Origin: Chiloscyllium plagiosum | Lineage: Eukaryota | DNA length: 64,000 nucleotides | Assembly (NCBI RefSeq): GCF_004010195.1 | Contig: NC_057711.1 | Location: 76,215,817-76,279,816, forward strand | Direction: 5' to 3' | Shown: in pieces, positions 24,931-37,873 of the stretch | Position numbering within the stretch: the first letter of the stretch is position 1 | How the letters are laid out: each line of letters begins with the position of its first letter | The notes under the pieces: model-generated | Seen by the model: the letters and a program-made list of their open reading frames with translations, nothing else | Told to the model about the DNA's origin: nothing | Databases searched by the model: none | Made by a program: the position numbers and the translations under genes

Positions 24931-26656
24931 CTCTGGTAATTTTTCGCTACAGGTTATGGTAAAGATCCATTGGCGCTAATATATAATATTGAACAGGAGG
25001 AGTTGAAATTTTGAAAGTGTCTGAATATGGAATAATTTTCCAATTTCACATACCCAACAGGGAGACTTGGCCTTTCAGAATGTCATTGAAAATTTGGGCA
25101 TGAGCTGTCTGAGAGGTTCAAGCCATTAATTTTATAGGTCACAAAATGATGTTTGAGGTATGCCTGAGGTATGGATTCATGTTATTAAGGCTTAATTTCA
25201 GCAGTGTCAGTAAGTTGTGACACTATTTTATGATTAGAAGTAGAACAGTTGACCCCTTAAGTCTGAGCTGGCTCTTTCAAAGAGCAATCCAGTTAGTCCC
25301 AATCCATGCTTTTTTCCCATACCCTACATTTTATTTTTCTTCAGGTTAATTTTTCAAATCCTTTCGAAGTCTACTACTGAATTTGTATTTACTAGCATTA
25401 AACACATCAAGCAACACAACCTATATCCAAACCACTTGTTACTTTGATTTTTATGAAAACAACAATTTTCCTCATGTAATTTCTGGATCTTTGATTATCA
25501 TCTTTTTTTGCCTCATTTTGATCCATTACTCATTGGAAATACTATTGCTTTATTTATTCCAATTAGTTTGTTGAGGATGTTAAATATTTCCATTAGGTCT
25601 CCTTTAATCTTCTCTGCTATAAAGAGAGCAGTTTGTTCAGTCGATTCATGTACCTGTAATCTCTCATCCCCCGTTTCAGTAAATGTCATTGTACCTTTTC
25701 CAAATTCTTTATGGCTTTAATGAAGTCAAGTGCTCAGAACTGAACATAATACTCCAGGGGATCAAATAAAGATTTGTATAGATTTAGCAAACATCCTGAC
25801 AGTTATAGTGTCTCCATTTATAACATTTAGGATACTAGCTGTTTTATTCATCTGTCCTGCTGCCTCGAAAGGTTTGTGCTGAAAATCCTCAGACCATTGT
25901 TTATGTACTCTCTCTAAAATTATTATTCAGCATAAACTGTACCAACCCTCCTCTTCCCTTTTCAGCACTGAATTTAATTTGCCATGTTTCACCATGTCCT
26001 CTTGAAGTCTATTATGGATCTTCAGGATGTACTATACTTCCAAGTTTCATGAAATATGTATATTTCAATTCTGTATTGTGTCCCCACTTAAATGTAAATC
26101 AAGATCAGAAATGGTCCTCGTACTGAATTTTGGAATGCAAATGTGCACTACTTGGTTTGAAACAGCTGTTGAGCATAATTCTGATACAATTCTGGGCCTT
26201 AAAATTTAATTTTGAGGAATGCCATGCACAGTATTCGCTGTGAAGATATCATATGGACTGAACAAAAGCACTTTAGCATTTTGAAGGAGTGAAACCGAAC
26301 ATATGGTCCTCCTTGAAGTTTCTTTAACAATGCCTGTCATATCAATATAACCTGTAACTAGTTACTGGCATGCATTAAATAGTTAATTAATTGCAAGAGA
26401 TTCTCCTAGTTAGACTAGGAAGTGGTTTTCCTCTGAGACGAAATGAAGCAGACTCTGTAATTTCCTGTATGTGAGGAGGATGGTGGCAGCAACAGCTCAT
26501 CTATCTACAAATTAACAATTCAATGCAACTTTCTCTGTTTCTATCCATTGCCATTTAAAAAAAAAATGTGGACATTGTTGGACAGGTGAGCATTTATTGC
26601 CTTCTCTAATTATTCTTAAACGTGGCAGTGAGGTGGCTACCTGAACTGCTGCAGAT

Positions 26657-29600
26657 GGAAAAGACTTTGTCTATTTATCCTATCCATGCCCCTCATAATT
26701 TTGTAAACCTCTATAAGGTCACCCCTCAGCCTCCGATGCTCCAGGGAAGACAGCCCCAGCCTGTTCAGCCTCTCCCTGTAGCTCAGATCCTCCAACCCTG
26801 GCAACATCCTTGTAAATCTTTTCTGAACCCTTTCAAGTTTCGCAACATCTTTCCGATAGGAAGGAGACCAGAATTGCACGCAATATTCCAACAATGACCT
26901 AACCAATGTCCTGTACAGCCACAACATGACCTCCCAACTCCTCCACTCAATACTCTGACCAATAAAGGAAAGCATACCAAATGCCTCCTTCACTATCCTA
27001 TCTACCTGCAACTCTACTTTTAAGGAGCTATGAACCTGCACTTCAAGGAGTCTTTGTTCAGCAGCAATCCCTAGGACCTTACCATTAAGTGTATAAGTCC
27101 TGCTAAGATTTGCTTTCCTAAAATGCAACACCTCGCATTTATCTGAATTAAACTCCATCTGCCACTTCTCAGCCCATTGGCCCATCTGGTCCAGATCCTG
27201 TTATAATCTGACGTAACCCTCTTCGCTGTTCACTACACCTCCAATTTTGGTGTCATCTGCAAACTTATTTACTGTACCTCTTATGCTCACATCCAAATCA
27301 TTTATGTAAATGACAAAAAGTAGAGGGCCCAGCACTGATCCTTGTGGTACTCCACTGGTCACAGGCCTCCAGCCTGAAAAACAACCCTCCACCACCACCC
27401 TCTGTCTTCAACCTTTGAGCCAGTTCTGTATCCAAATGACTAGTTCTCCCTGTATTCCTTGATCTAACCTTGCTAATCAATCTCCTATGGGGAACCTTGT
27501 TGAAGGCCTTACTAAAGTCCATATAGATCACATCTACCACTCTGCCCTCATCAATCATCTTTGTTGCTTCTTCAAAAAAACTCAATCACGTTTGAGACAT
27601 GATTTCCCACGCACAAAGCCATGTTGACTATCCTGAATCAGTCCTTGCCTTTCCAAATACATATACATCCTGTCCCTCAGGATTCCCTCCAACAACTTGC
27701 CCACCGCCAAGGTCAGGCTCACTGGTCTATAGTTCCCTGGCTTGTCTTTACCGCCCTTCTTAAACAGTGGCACCACGTTTGCCAACCTCCAGTCTTCTGG
27801 TACCTCAGCTGTGACTATCGATGATACAAGTATCTCAGCAAGAGGCCCAGCAATCACTTCCCTAGCTTTCCACAGAGTTCTCGGGTACACCTGATCAGGT
27901 CCAAGGGATTTATCCACGTTTAACCATTTCAAGACATCTAGCACTTCCTCCTCTATAATCTGGACATTTTGCAAGATGCCACCATCAATTTCCCTACAGT
28001 CTATATCTTCCATATTCTTTTCCAGAGAAAATACTGATGCAAAATATTCATTTAGTATCTCCCCCATTTTCTGTGGCTCCACACAAAGGCTGCCTTGCTG
28101 ATCTTTGAGGGGCCCTATTCTCTCCTTAGTTACCCTTTTGTCCTTAATGTATTTGTAAAAACCCTTTGGATTCTCCTTAATTCTATTTACCAAAGCTATC
28201 TCATGTCCCCTTTTTGCCCTCCTGATTTTCCTCTTAAGTATGCTTCTACTTTCTTTATACTCTTCTAAGGATTCACTTGATCTATCCTGTTTATACTGAC
28301 ATATGCTTCCTTCCTTTTCTTAACCAAACCCTCAATTTCTTTAGTCACCTAGCATTCCCTATACCTACCAGCCTTCCCTTTCACCCTAACAGCAATATAC
28401 TTTCTCTGGATTCTTGTTATCTCCTTTCTGAAGGCTTCCCATTTTCCAGCCGTCCCTTTACCTGAGAACATCTGCCTCCAATCAGCTTTCAAAAGTTCTT
28501 GCCTAAAACCGTCAAAATTGGCCTTTCTCCAATTTAGAACTTCAACTTTTAGATCTGGTCTATTCTTTTCCATCACCGTTTTAAAATGAATAGAATTATG
28601 GTTGCTGGCCCCAAAGTGCTCTCCCACTGACACCTCAGTCACCTGCCCTGCCTTATTTCCCAAGAGTAGGTCAAGTTTTGCACTTTCTCTAGTAGGTACA
28701 TCCACATACTGAATCAGAAAATTGTCCTGTACACATTTAAGAAATTCCTCTCCATCTAAACCTTTAACACTATGACAGTCCCAGTCTATGTTTTAAAATC
28801 CCCTACCATAACGACCGTATTATTCTTACAGATAGCTCAGATCTCCTTACAAGTTTGTTTCTCGGTTTCCCTCTGACTATTAGGGGGTCTATAATACAAT
28901 CCCAATAAGGTGATCATCCCTTTCTTATTTCTCAGTTCCACTCAAATAACTTCCCTGGATGTATATCCTCCCTCAGCACAGCTGTAATGCTATCCCTTAT
29001 CAAAAANNNNNNNNNNNNNNNNNNNNNNNNNNNNNNNNNNATCTCTTTCCTCACTATCTCCCTGGGTCTCACCCTCCCCCCGCGCCCCCACACACCTTAC
29101 TAGTTTAAATCCTCCTAGCAGCTCGAGCAAATTTCCCTGCCAGTATATTAGTCCCCTTCCAATTTAGGTGCAATCCGTTCTTCTTGTACAGGTCACTTTT
29201 ACCCAAACAGAGCTTCCAATTATCCAAAAATGTGAATCCTTCTCCCATTTCCCAGCTCCTCAGCCATGCATTCATCTGCTCTATCCTCCTATTCCTGCCC
29301 TCACTAGCTCGTAGCACTGGGAGTAATCCAGATATTACTACCCTTGAGAACCTCCTTTTTAAATTTCTGCCTAACTCTCTGTAATCTCCCTTCAGAGTCT
29401 CAACCTTTTCCCTTCCAATGTCCACATTGGAACGAATGACAATGACCTCCTGTTGGTCCCTCTGTGAGAACATTCTGCACCCTCTCTGAGACATTCTTGA
29501 TCCGGGCACCAGGGAAACAACACACCATTCTACTTTTTCTCTGCTGGCCACAGAAACGTCTGTCTGTACCTCCTGACTACAGAATCCCCTAACACAATTG

Positions 29601-30176
29601 ATCTCTTGGGAGCCGAGATACCCCTCGTTGCATTAGACCCAGTCTCAATACCAGAAACTTGGCTGTGTGCGCTATGTTCCCCTGAGAATCCATCACCCCC
29701 TACATTTTCCAAAACAGCATATCTGTTCGAAATGGGTATATCCACAAAAGGCTCCTGCACTAGCAGTCTACCTCTCCTACCCTTGCTGGAGTTAACCCAT
29801 CTATGTGACTATATCTGAGACACCCCCCCCCCCCTCCCCCCACCTTCCTATAATTGCCATCCATCACATACTGTTTTTTCCCTGAGTTCGGGGAGTCCAG
29901 AACCAGAGGGCATAGGTTTAGGGTGAGAGGGGAAAGATATAAAAGAGACCTAAAAGGCAACCTTTTCACACAGAGGCTGGTACGTGTATGGAATGAGCTG
30001 TCAGAGGATGTAGCGAATGTTGGTACACTTGCAACATTTAAGAGGCATTTGGATGGGTACATGAATAGGAAGGGTTTGGAGGGATGTGGGCCGAGTGCTG
30101 GCGGTTGGGATAACTGGTCGGCATGGACGGGTTAGACCGAAGGGTCTGTTTCCATGCTGTACAAATCTGACTCTAT
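26657..30176. mobile_element. CR1 LINE with 5' inversion: ORF1 esterase, APE and RT inverted (26657-29875, -) and 3' end in + orientation (29876-30176)
   Basis: The minus part ends at ..MDRINRQSLF and the plus part starts FPEFGESRTRGHRFRVRGE, the direct continuation seen in the other copies. N gap at 29007-29040. Confidence 0.9.
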
Positions 30177-30179
30177 ATT

Positions 30180-31250
30180 GGGACACAGGTAATTGTGCGG
30201 TGCTCTTAGGCAGGGAGTGGGATTTTGATCCAGCAATCATTCCAGGATAGGATGGTATATAGCTTGAAGGCATACTTGCAGGGGTTAGGGCTCCTATGCA
30301 TTTTCTGTCCTTGCCCTTTGAGATGGAAGTGATGGAGGTTTGGAAAGTTCTTTTTACGACACTTTGTATTTCTGCAATGGAGTTTTTAGATGGAAGAGAC
30401 TGCTGCCTCTGAGTATCAATGACAGAGGAAATGGATGTTTGTAAAGTGGTGCCAATCAAGTGGGCTGCTTTGCCCTGTGGTGTCCAACTTCTTCAGTGTG
30501 GTTGCAGCTGTACTCATCCAGGCAAGTAGGGAGCATTCCATACACTCCTGACTCGTGCCTTATAGATTGGTGAATGGACACTGGGGAGATGGGAGTTATT
30601 GCTGCAAGATTCCCTGGCCTCTGATCAGCTCATAGTTGCTGTATTTAGACACCGAGTCCAATTCAGTTCCTAGTCAATTGTAACTTCCAGAATATTGACG
30701 ATGGGAAATTCAGTATTAAATATCAAGGAGTGGTGGTTTAATGGTCATTATTTGGCATTTTTATGGACATGGACTACTCCAGTATCTGAGGAGTCTTCAA
30801 TAGTGCTGGATATTGTGCAATGCTCAACGAGCATCCCTACTTCTGACTTTTGGAAAGGCTGTTCGTGAATCAGCTGAAGATGTTTGAGTCTCAAACACCT
30901 GCAGAGATGTCCTGGAACAGAGATGACTGACCTTCAAGAATCACCATCCTCTTTTGTGCCAGGTATGATTCCAACTAGCAGAGAAATTTCCCCTGGATCC
31001 CATTGACTCTAGTTTTTCTTGGGCTCCTTGATGCCACACTTAGTCAAATGTGGCCTTGATATCAAGAGCAGCCATTCTCTCATCTCACCCCTGGAATTTA
31101 GCTTTTCTGTCCACGTTTGAACCAAGGTTGTAATGAGGTCAGAGGCTGAGTGGTCCCGGCAGATCCCAAACTGGGCATCAGTAATGAGCAGGTTATTGCT
31201 GAGGAAGTGCTGTTTGATAGTACTATGGATGACCCTTTCCATCACTTACC
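30180..31250 (-). mobile_element. Older LINE (CR1/L2 group) RT fragment; its 3' end lies at ~26565-26656, split off by the CR1 insertion
   Basis: MMERVIHSTIKQHFLSNNLLITDAQFGICRDHSASDLITTLVQTW. The two flanks join into a sequence resembling the uninterrupted relative at ~53440-53600. Confidence 0.7.
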
Positions 31251-32029
31251 ACTTATTGATCTCTGGATGGTGTTGCAGTTGTTAGGTTGGTTAAGTTGAG
31301 CGCCAAGTTCTGAGGAAATCCTCGTGATGTGCTGAGACTGCATATTCTTGCTGCTCCTTCCCATTTTATCCAATGGATTTCAACTTTGTTAGCTAACGTA
31401 ATACATACCATTTTATTAAACACCGTTTAAAACTCCATGTGCAAAATGTTAACTGTATTGCTCACTTTACAGCTTTCTACCTTTTTTAATATCTCACTCA
31501 ATATTCAAGCACATTTATGCTGTTTCTTTATTAATGGTGCAAACTTGACTAAACAAATATAAATTTTCACATGGATTATTACTTTCAAAGCTACCCATCA
31601 GCTGGCTTCTTATTTATCTACCTTCCCTTTTTTTGAACACGGGTGTAACATTTGCAATCCAGCAGACCTTTTGGAAACACTGTGCATTCAATTAGTATAA
31701 GATTGTGATTAACATTTGCAGTCTTGACCTTTTGTTTTCTCTTCGCAATTTCAGATATATTCCATCCAGATCTTATGATTTATTAACTTCAAAATACAGC
31801 CAACGTTTGTCTGTCTTCCTGTTGTGAATATTTGATTTCATAATCCATATGGATTACCCAAATAATCTCTAGTTTGGAATTTTAATTTTAAATATAGATA
31901 AATGGAAAGATTTGGTTGAGAAACAAGTAAACACACCTGAAATCAATATAGTTCAGAGTGGATATTTTTATCAACTGTTCAGATGGGTTATAATACTCCA
32001 CTGGATTTGAACATAGGCCTCTTTGAACA

Positions 32030-32262
32030 TTAGGATCTCTACAATGTGGAAACAGGCCCTTCGGCCCAACAACTCCACACCAACCCTTCAAAGAGCAACC
32101 CACCCATTCCTGTACATTTACCCCTGACTAATGTACCTAAATTACACATCACTGAACACTATGGGCAATTTAGCATGGCCAATTCCCTAGTTTACATATC
32201 TTTGGATTGTGGGAGGAAACCGGAGCACCCAGAGGAAACCCACACAGACATAGGGAGAATGT
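32030..32262 (-). mobile_element. 5'-truncated HE1-like SINE
   Basis: V-domain and 3' tail only. Confidence 0.85.
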
Positions 32263-32936
32263 TTGAGGGATATAAGTGTTACCACAATCATGGCCACACA
32301 ACCCTCCGTTTAAAGGGTAATACGAGTTTGATTAACAAGGGTAAGAGTTGGAAGAGTTGAATGGCCTATATCTTGATTAGGTAAGGGGCAAGCTGGTTAC
32401 AATAATTTTAGGAGTAATTTATTCATACAGTTTCCAAGTCCAAAAAAATTGAAAGCATATTTGTTAACAAAGGGGTTTAATTAGGAGAACTAGCAACCCT
32501 GGAAATAGGGCCATTAATACCATTGGAAATATACTTTATTCACTTAAGTTCCAAAGTCTCAGCGTTTCTTTTTATAGCAAAAGATATTTAGGTTAAATTT
32601 TTGTTTGGAACATCCCAGAAATGTCACATTACCAAAAAGTTAAGTTATAGGATATTGACCATTTTTTGTATTTGTTGGGGGGGGGGGGGGGATTTTGTGT
32701 TTTTGCTGAAGTAAACAACCAGTTAGCTTTCAAAAGCATCAAGAGATGGGGAGAAAGGGGAATGTTAGCCAGGCCTGCATTTAAGAGTAAACTAACTTTC
32801 ACTGTTCTCCAAGCAAAATAAAGATGAGTGATTGTATTCAATTTGTAGACCTCTTTTATGAGGAAGAAAGAAAGAGAAAGACTTGCCTGGTTTGAAACTA
32901 AAGAAATAAACCCTTAATAAACCTTAGTGAACAGCA

Positions 32937-33090
32937 AGGCAAAAGTGAGGACTGCAGATGCTGGAAACCAGAGTTTAGATCAGAGTGGTGCTGGAAAAGC
33001 ACAGCAGGTCAGGCAGCACCCGAGGAGCATTCCTGCTCCTTGGATGGTGCCTGACCTGCTGTGCTTTTCCAGTACCACTCTGATCTAAAC
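32937..33090 (-). mobile_element. Short PLE-derived fold-back element without the hammerhead core
   Basis: Arms gtttagatcagagtggtgctggaaaagcac.. / ..gtgcttttccagtaccactctgatctaaac, turning at a ttcc loop. TSD core agtgaacagca at 32926-32936 and 33097-33107. Confidence 0.88.
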
Positions 33091-35487
33091 CCTTACAGTG
33101 AACAGCAGTTGACCTGGCAAACTGGAAGAAAGCAGATAATGTCAATCCAAACTAGCACGAGCTATGTGCAGGCTTTTAGGAACTAAGGGTTTTCCTAACT
33201 TGTTAATCATTGCATGAATGCAACGAGACCCAAGCTTCACCTGAGAAGTTATTAAACCTTTGACGGAAATTTGCAGCAGCACTTAGACAAAAGCTAGTGG
33301 AAGGATTTCCATAAATTTTGATCCTGAAAAGTAGCAGGAACATTGAGGAATAATTGATGTGAATTCTGGAGAGCTCTGCCAAATGGCAATTACAATACCT
33401 AACAGTTTAGGATGTACAAGTATAAGGAGCAATTGATTGTAAAAATGCTTAACTGGAGAAAGTCTAATTTCATTAAATTGGAAAAGGAGTTGGACATGGG
33501 TAAATTGGAACTAAAGATTGGCAGGCAGCAATATGCAGAGCAATGATATGGAGCCTTTTAAAGAAGACAGGGCTTCTGAGTACAGCCTGGGTATGTGTTG
33601 CCAAGAGGCTACTGGGTTGGAAGTAGGACCATGAATCATGTTTGCTTAATTATGGATCATTGAGAGGCCAATCTGTGCTCTGTTTTTATCTAGCTAATAT
33701 CTTTTTGGTCAGTGGTTCACCTAGTCTTTTAAGACTAAGCTAATTAATTGAAAGTTGGTAAAGGAAATAAAAGTGACATATATTGATCCCAAGCAACAGT
33801 CACTTGTGGTTGGGCTGGAGTGCTACCACCAGACTTCCATTGCATGCTGAGTTGAGGACCTATCTAATCAGCAGTTGTAGAGGTCAGGCCATTATTAAAT
33901 CTCCAATGAGAAGAGATCCATTCCTTCTCATTTTTCCTGTCCCTGCAAGGTTAGTGTACAGCAGCAGTGTCTGGAAATGGGAGTCAACTAGGCCAAACAC
34001 CGATTCTGTGGCAGCCATGCAGCTTAGAGGGAACATTGGAGAAGAGGCTCTTTGTTTTGCACAAGGTTTGGCTTGTCATAATAACAATAGATAAAAGTTA
34101 CATTGTCCAGTGTAATTAAAAAAACTATTAAATCACAGCTAGATGTGACACACCCGACCCCATTTGGACGATGTGCTAGATTACTAGTTCTCCACCCAAA
34201 GACTGTGGCATCATCCGATTGGATGGAGCTTACTGTAGCTTTAACATTTTACTCTTTCAAAGCCATTACCTTGAACAACAAATGTTTGTTGACAAAATGT
34301 GATTAAGTAAATTCAGAGGAGGCTTGAATGAAGCCAACACACAGCTGTTGAATCACATGATTTCCAGTGAGTCATTGTGAAGCCCTTCACTGTGACCTCT
34401 GATCATGCATTACCTATTGCAATGATCAATTTTTAAAGTTTCAAAGTGCAAACATAATTGCTTCTGTAGTGTGAAATCATTGTTGCTGTTAAGACAAGTG
34501 AGATAACCAGAGGTAAAAGTCCAAAAGAGCATGCATGATCTTGGACAGTTGGAGGTAAATCTACATCAAAACTAATTTGTATTGAAATCTGGTTCAATCA
34601 CATAGCTTACACAAATTTTCTGCCAAACTAAATGTAGCTTATTTTCTGTTTTGTATTTTTCTTCTAATAAGTAACACTTTATTACTATTACCAGACTTTG
34701 CAATCTGATTTGTTTTGACGCATTCTATCTTCTCAATCACCAATTAATCCAAACATGTGGATAACTGAATACTAAGCTAAGTCATTATGGTTAATTGACC
34801 TTTTTAATAATTGGTGGTAGGAGAAACTTACATATTTGCGAATGTATGGGTCCTATTCACTCGTACTCATCTGCTTTAAGGCCTTTGGGCACATGATGTT
34901 CCTGGAAAATCTTTGTACAGGTGGTCACTGATTTTTTAACGTCTGACTTATGAATGCTGATACTTACAAATGAGATCCATCATACAAATGTTTGCTCATT
35001 CTTGCGAACAGCTATTTTATATTGGACTGCATTTTGCTTCAACTTGTGTACAAATCAACTTCCAAATGTGCTCGAATGGAACTTATTTGTAACTTGGGGA
35101 CAGCCTGCCTTAACACCTGCTAGCTGCAAAAACGTTAACTGAGTAGTGGCATAATGTATTATCCTGCACTTTGACCTCCATCTTCTACACCCCTCCACAG
35201 ATGCTCTATACTTTGTCATGCAAGACTGCAACAAATGTGCTACACTGGACACTACTAACAATATTAGTGTCAGAAATTGTTCTTTTGTCGTGTTTCTTGT
35301 GTAGTTATTATTAGCTGAGATGATGTACTACAGGATTACAGTACACTATATTACAGCTAACATTGGTTCTTGGGGTTTGCTCTAATCCTGAGAACTTTCT
35401 ACGGCAGTGAAGTAATTTGTTTTGAGGGGATGGGCATTAATTATGTCAAATAAATTTGAAGTAATATAAGTGTTAGGTCATTGGTTA

Positions 35488-36054
35488 ACATTGGTTAGGC
35501 CACTGTTGGAATATTGCATGCAATTCTGGTCTCCTTCCTATCAGAAATATGTTGTGAAACTTGAAAGGGTTCAGAAAAGATTTACGAGGATGTTGCCAGG
35601 GTTGACGGATCTGAGCTACAGGGAGAGGCTGAACAGGCTGGGGCTGTTTTCCCTGGAGTGTTGGAGGCTGAGGGGTGACCTTATAGAGGTTTACAAAATT
35701 ATGAGGGGCATGGATAGGATAAATAGACCATGTATTTTCCCTGGGGTCAGGGAGTCCAGAACTAGAGGGCGTAGGTTTAGGGTGAGAGGGGAAAGATATA
35801 AAAGAGACCTAAGGGGCAACGTTTTCACGCAGAGGGTGGTACGTATATGGAATGAGCGGCCAGAGGATGTGGTGGAGGCTGGTACAATTGCAACATTTAA
35901 GAGGCATTTTTGTTGGGTATATGAATAGGAAGGGTTTGAAGGGATATGAGCCGGGTGCTGGCAGGTGAGACTGGATTGGGTTGGTATATCTAGTCGGCAT
36001 GGACGGGTTGGACCGAAGGGTCTATTTCCATGCTGTACATCTCTATGACTCTAA
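35488..36054 (+). mobile_element. CR1 LINE 3' fragment
   Basis: TLVRPLLEYCMQFWSP...RGDLIEVYKIMRG plus 3' UTR. Confidence 0.92.
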
Positions 36055-37019
36055 GTGTCCGCAGGTGGGGATGTGTATATAGTTTACATCACCCACAGAT
36101 TATACGTTTAAATGATAGTAATCCTTACTTCTGGCACCAATCTCATTCTGCCAATTCTAAAGCTTTTCTGTCAATCAGAATGGCCATAAATAGGACTTGG
36201 ATGGGGAAGCAGCTCTCATTGTTTCAGAAATCATTTCACAGTCAATGGAATACTTCTCCAGTGCAAACACTGTTGTGATATAATGTGGTCAATATATTGT
36301 AGTGAGTAGGAAGGTGTAAGTTTGGTCTGCAATTCTCAGTAATCATTTCCTGATCACAGAAGGTGCTGTACACTTCGAACTCTGGAGAGAGGGAAATGAA
36401 TTAAGAAGCTTAGACTGATGTCATATTCATGAGGAATAGGCAAAGGAGTAGACAACGTTTTTTTAAAAAAAAAGCTAAACTCAAAATTTCCATGCAAGTG
36501 CAAAACAGAAATAGGCATACATTGCATGTTGATTAGCTAAAATGTGAAACTGGCTTCTATGGACAGCTGAAGGAAATGAAGAATTGATTTTTTTTTTTGA
36601 GGATTTTAGTTTCTGTAGGTAGAACTGCAAGTTTACTTGATAAACTGGTTCTTGTCAAGTACACTTGCATGGTCCAAAATGAAAGTCCAATATAAACTAA
36701 AGAGCTCCTGCTACAGATCCAGGATGTGGTAAGCAGTCACTTTTTATATATAATCAAATTAATATCTGATGTCTTCACCTCAAAGTCAAAATTTAGAACA
36801 CACAAACACAGTTTCATGAAAGAAAAAATTAAGTATATTAAAGCATAATTTCTTTTTAGAAATATTGACAGTTTAGACAGGACATGTTTATTAAACATTA
36901 TGAGAAAGAAGTACAAGTATATTGTGCTTGTTTACATTTTGTACTTTCAGTCATAGCTCCATCTAATTCCAAGAGCTGAGCTCAGATTTCAGCCTCTGGT
37001 TGGGGAAATGAGAGTTGAG

Positions 37020-37197
37020 CTTAAAAATGTGTTGCTGGAAAAGTGTAGCAGGTCAGGCAGCATCAAAGGAGAAGGAGAATTGACGTTTTGGGCATAAGCT
37101 CTTCTCCTTCTCCTTTGATGCTGCCTGACCTGCTACACTTTTCCAGCAACACATTTTTAAGCTCTGATCCCCAGCATCTGCAGTCCTCACTTTCTCC
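37020..37197 (+). mobile_element. Short PLE-derived fold-back element
   Basis: Perfect 63-bp inverted repeat (37017-37079 / 37102-37164). 15-bp TSD gaaatgagagttgag at 37005-37019 and 37198-37212. Confidence 0.92.
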
Positions 37198-37873
37198 GAA
37201 ATGAGAGTTGAGTCCATTTCTGAAATAAGATGTTGTCAACACATCCCATATTTTTGGGCAATGTTTTATGACTCTTCCCCCTTTGATTAGGGAGTGAGAT
37301 TCAGTGCCCCATTACCAGTCTCCTGGTTGAGTCTCAGTCCTCATCCTGTCAAAGTCTGGCGCTATTCTGCATGTTAGCCCCCTGCCTAGCTTGCCATCAT
37401 TACTCCCATCAACCATTGAAACATGTATGGGTCTATCATCTCAGCCCTGACATGGGATCTCTCTGCACTTTTCCATTCCTGGCTCTGGGACTCAATGTGC
37501 AGAAGTGCTTGTAGCTCCAGCAGTGCCTACCTCTCCCAGTGACTGCTGCAGTGCAGGTATTCTGGCCATTAGGATTGGTTGGTAAGTAGGAGTTACTCCC
37601 GCAAGATATGGACCATAATCACGCCTCCAGCTAATTAATGCTCCATGGAGCAGCCAGCATTCTACCCATATTTTGGATGGTGAAGCGGGAAAACTATTGT
37701 AAAAAATGTTATCTTTTGTCTCTGAGAGATGTGGGTGGACTTATGTCAATTTTTGTGAGCCATGATTTAATTTGATTTGATTTATTGTCACATGTACTGA
37801 GATAGTGAAAAGTAGTGTTTTGCATGCTATCCAGACAAATTATACCTTGCATTAGTACAGAATGCAGAATATC

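Noticed and set aside
29007..29040. Apparent ~250-bp deletion at the ORF1/ORF2 boundary of the inverted CR1
   Set aside because: It coincides with an N gap; the gap size is probably underestimated relative to ~46516-46797 of the sister copy.
34320..34500. Cluster of short motifs (CAGCTG, CACATG, TGAGTCA) in apparently unique sequence as an enhancer
   Set aside because: 6-7-mers are expected by chance in 64 kb, and I cannot assess conservation or chromatin data.
8732..37197. Short inverted-repeat elements as classical DNA-transposon MITEs
   Set aside because: The arms are asymmetric, TSD lengths vary (11-15 bp), and the sequence matches the terminus of the RT-encoding PLE at 1153-3501.
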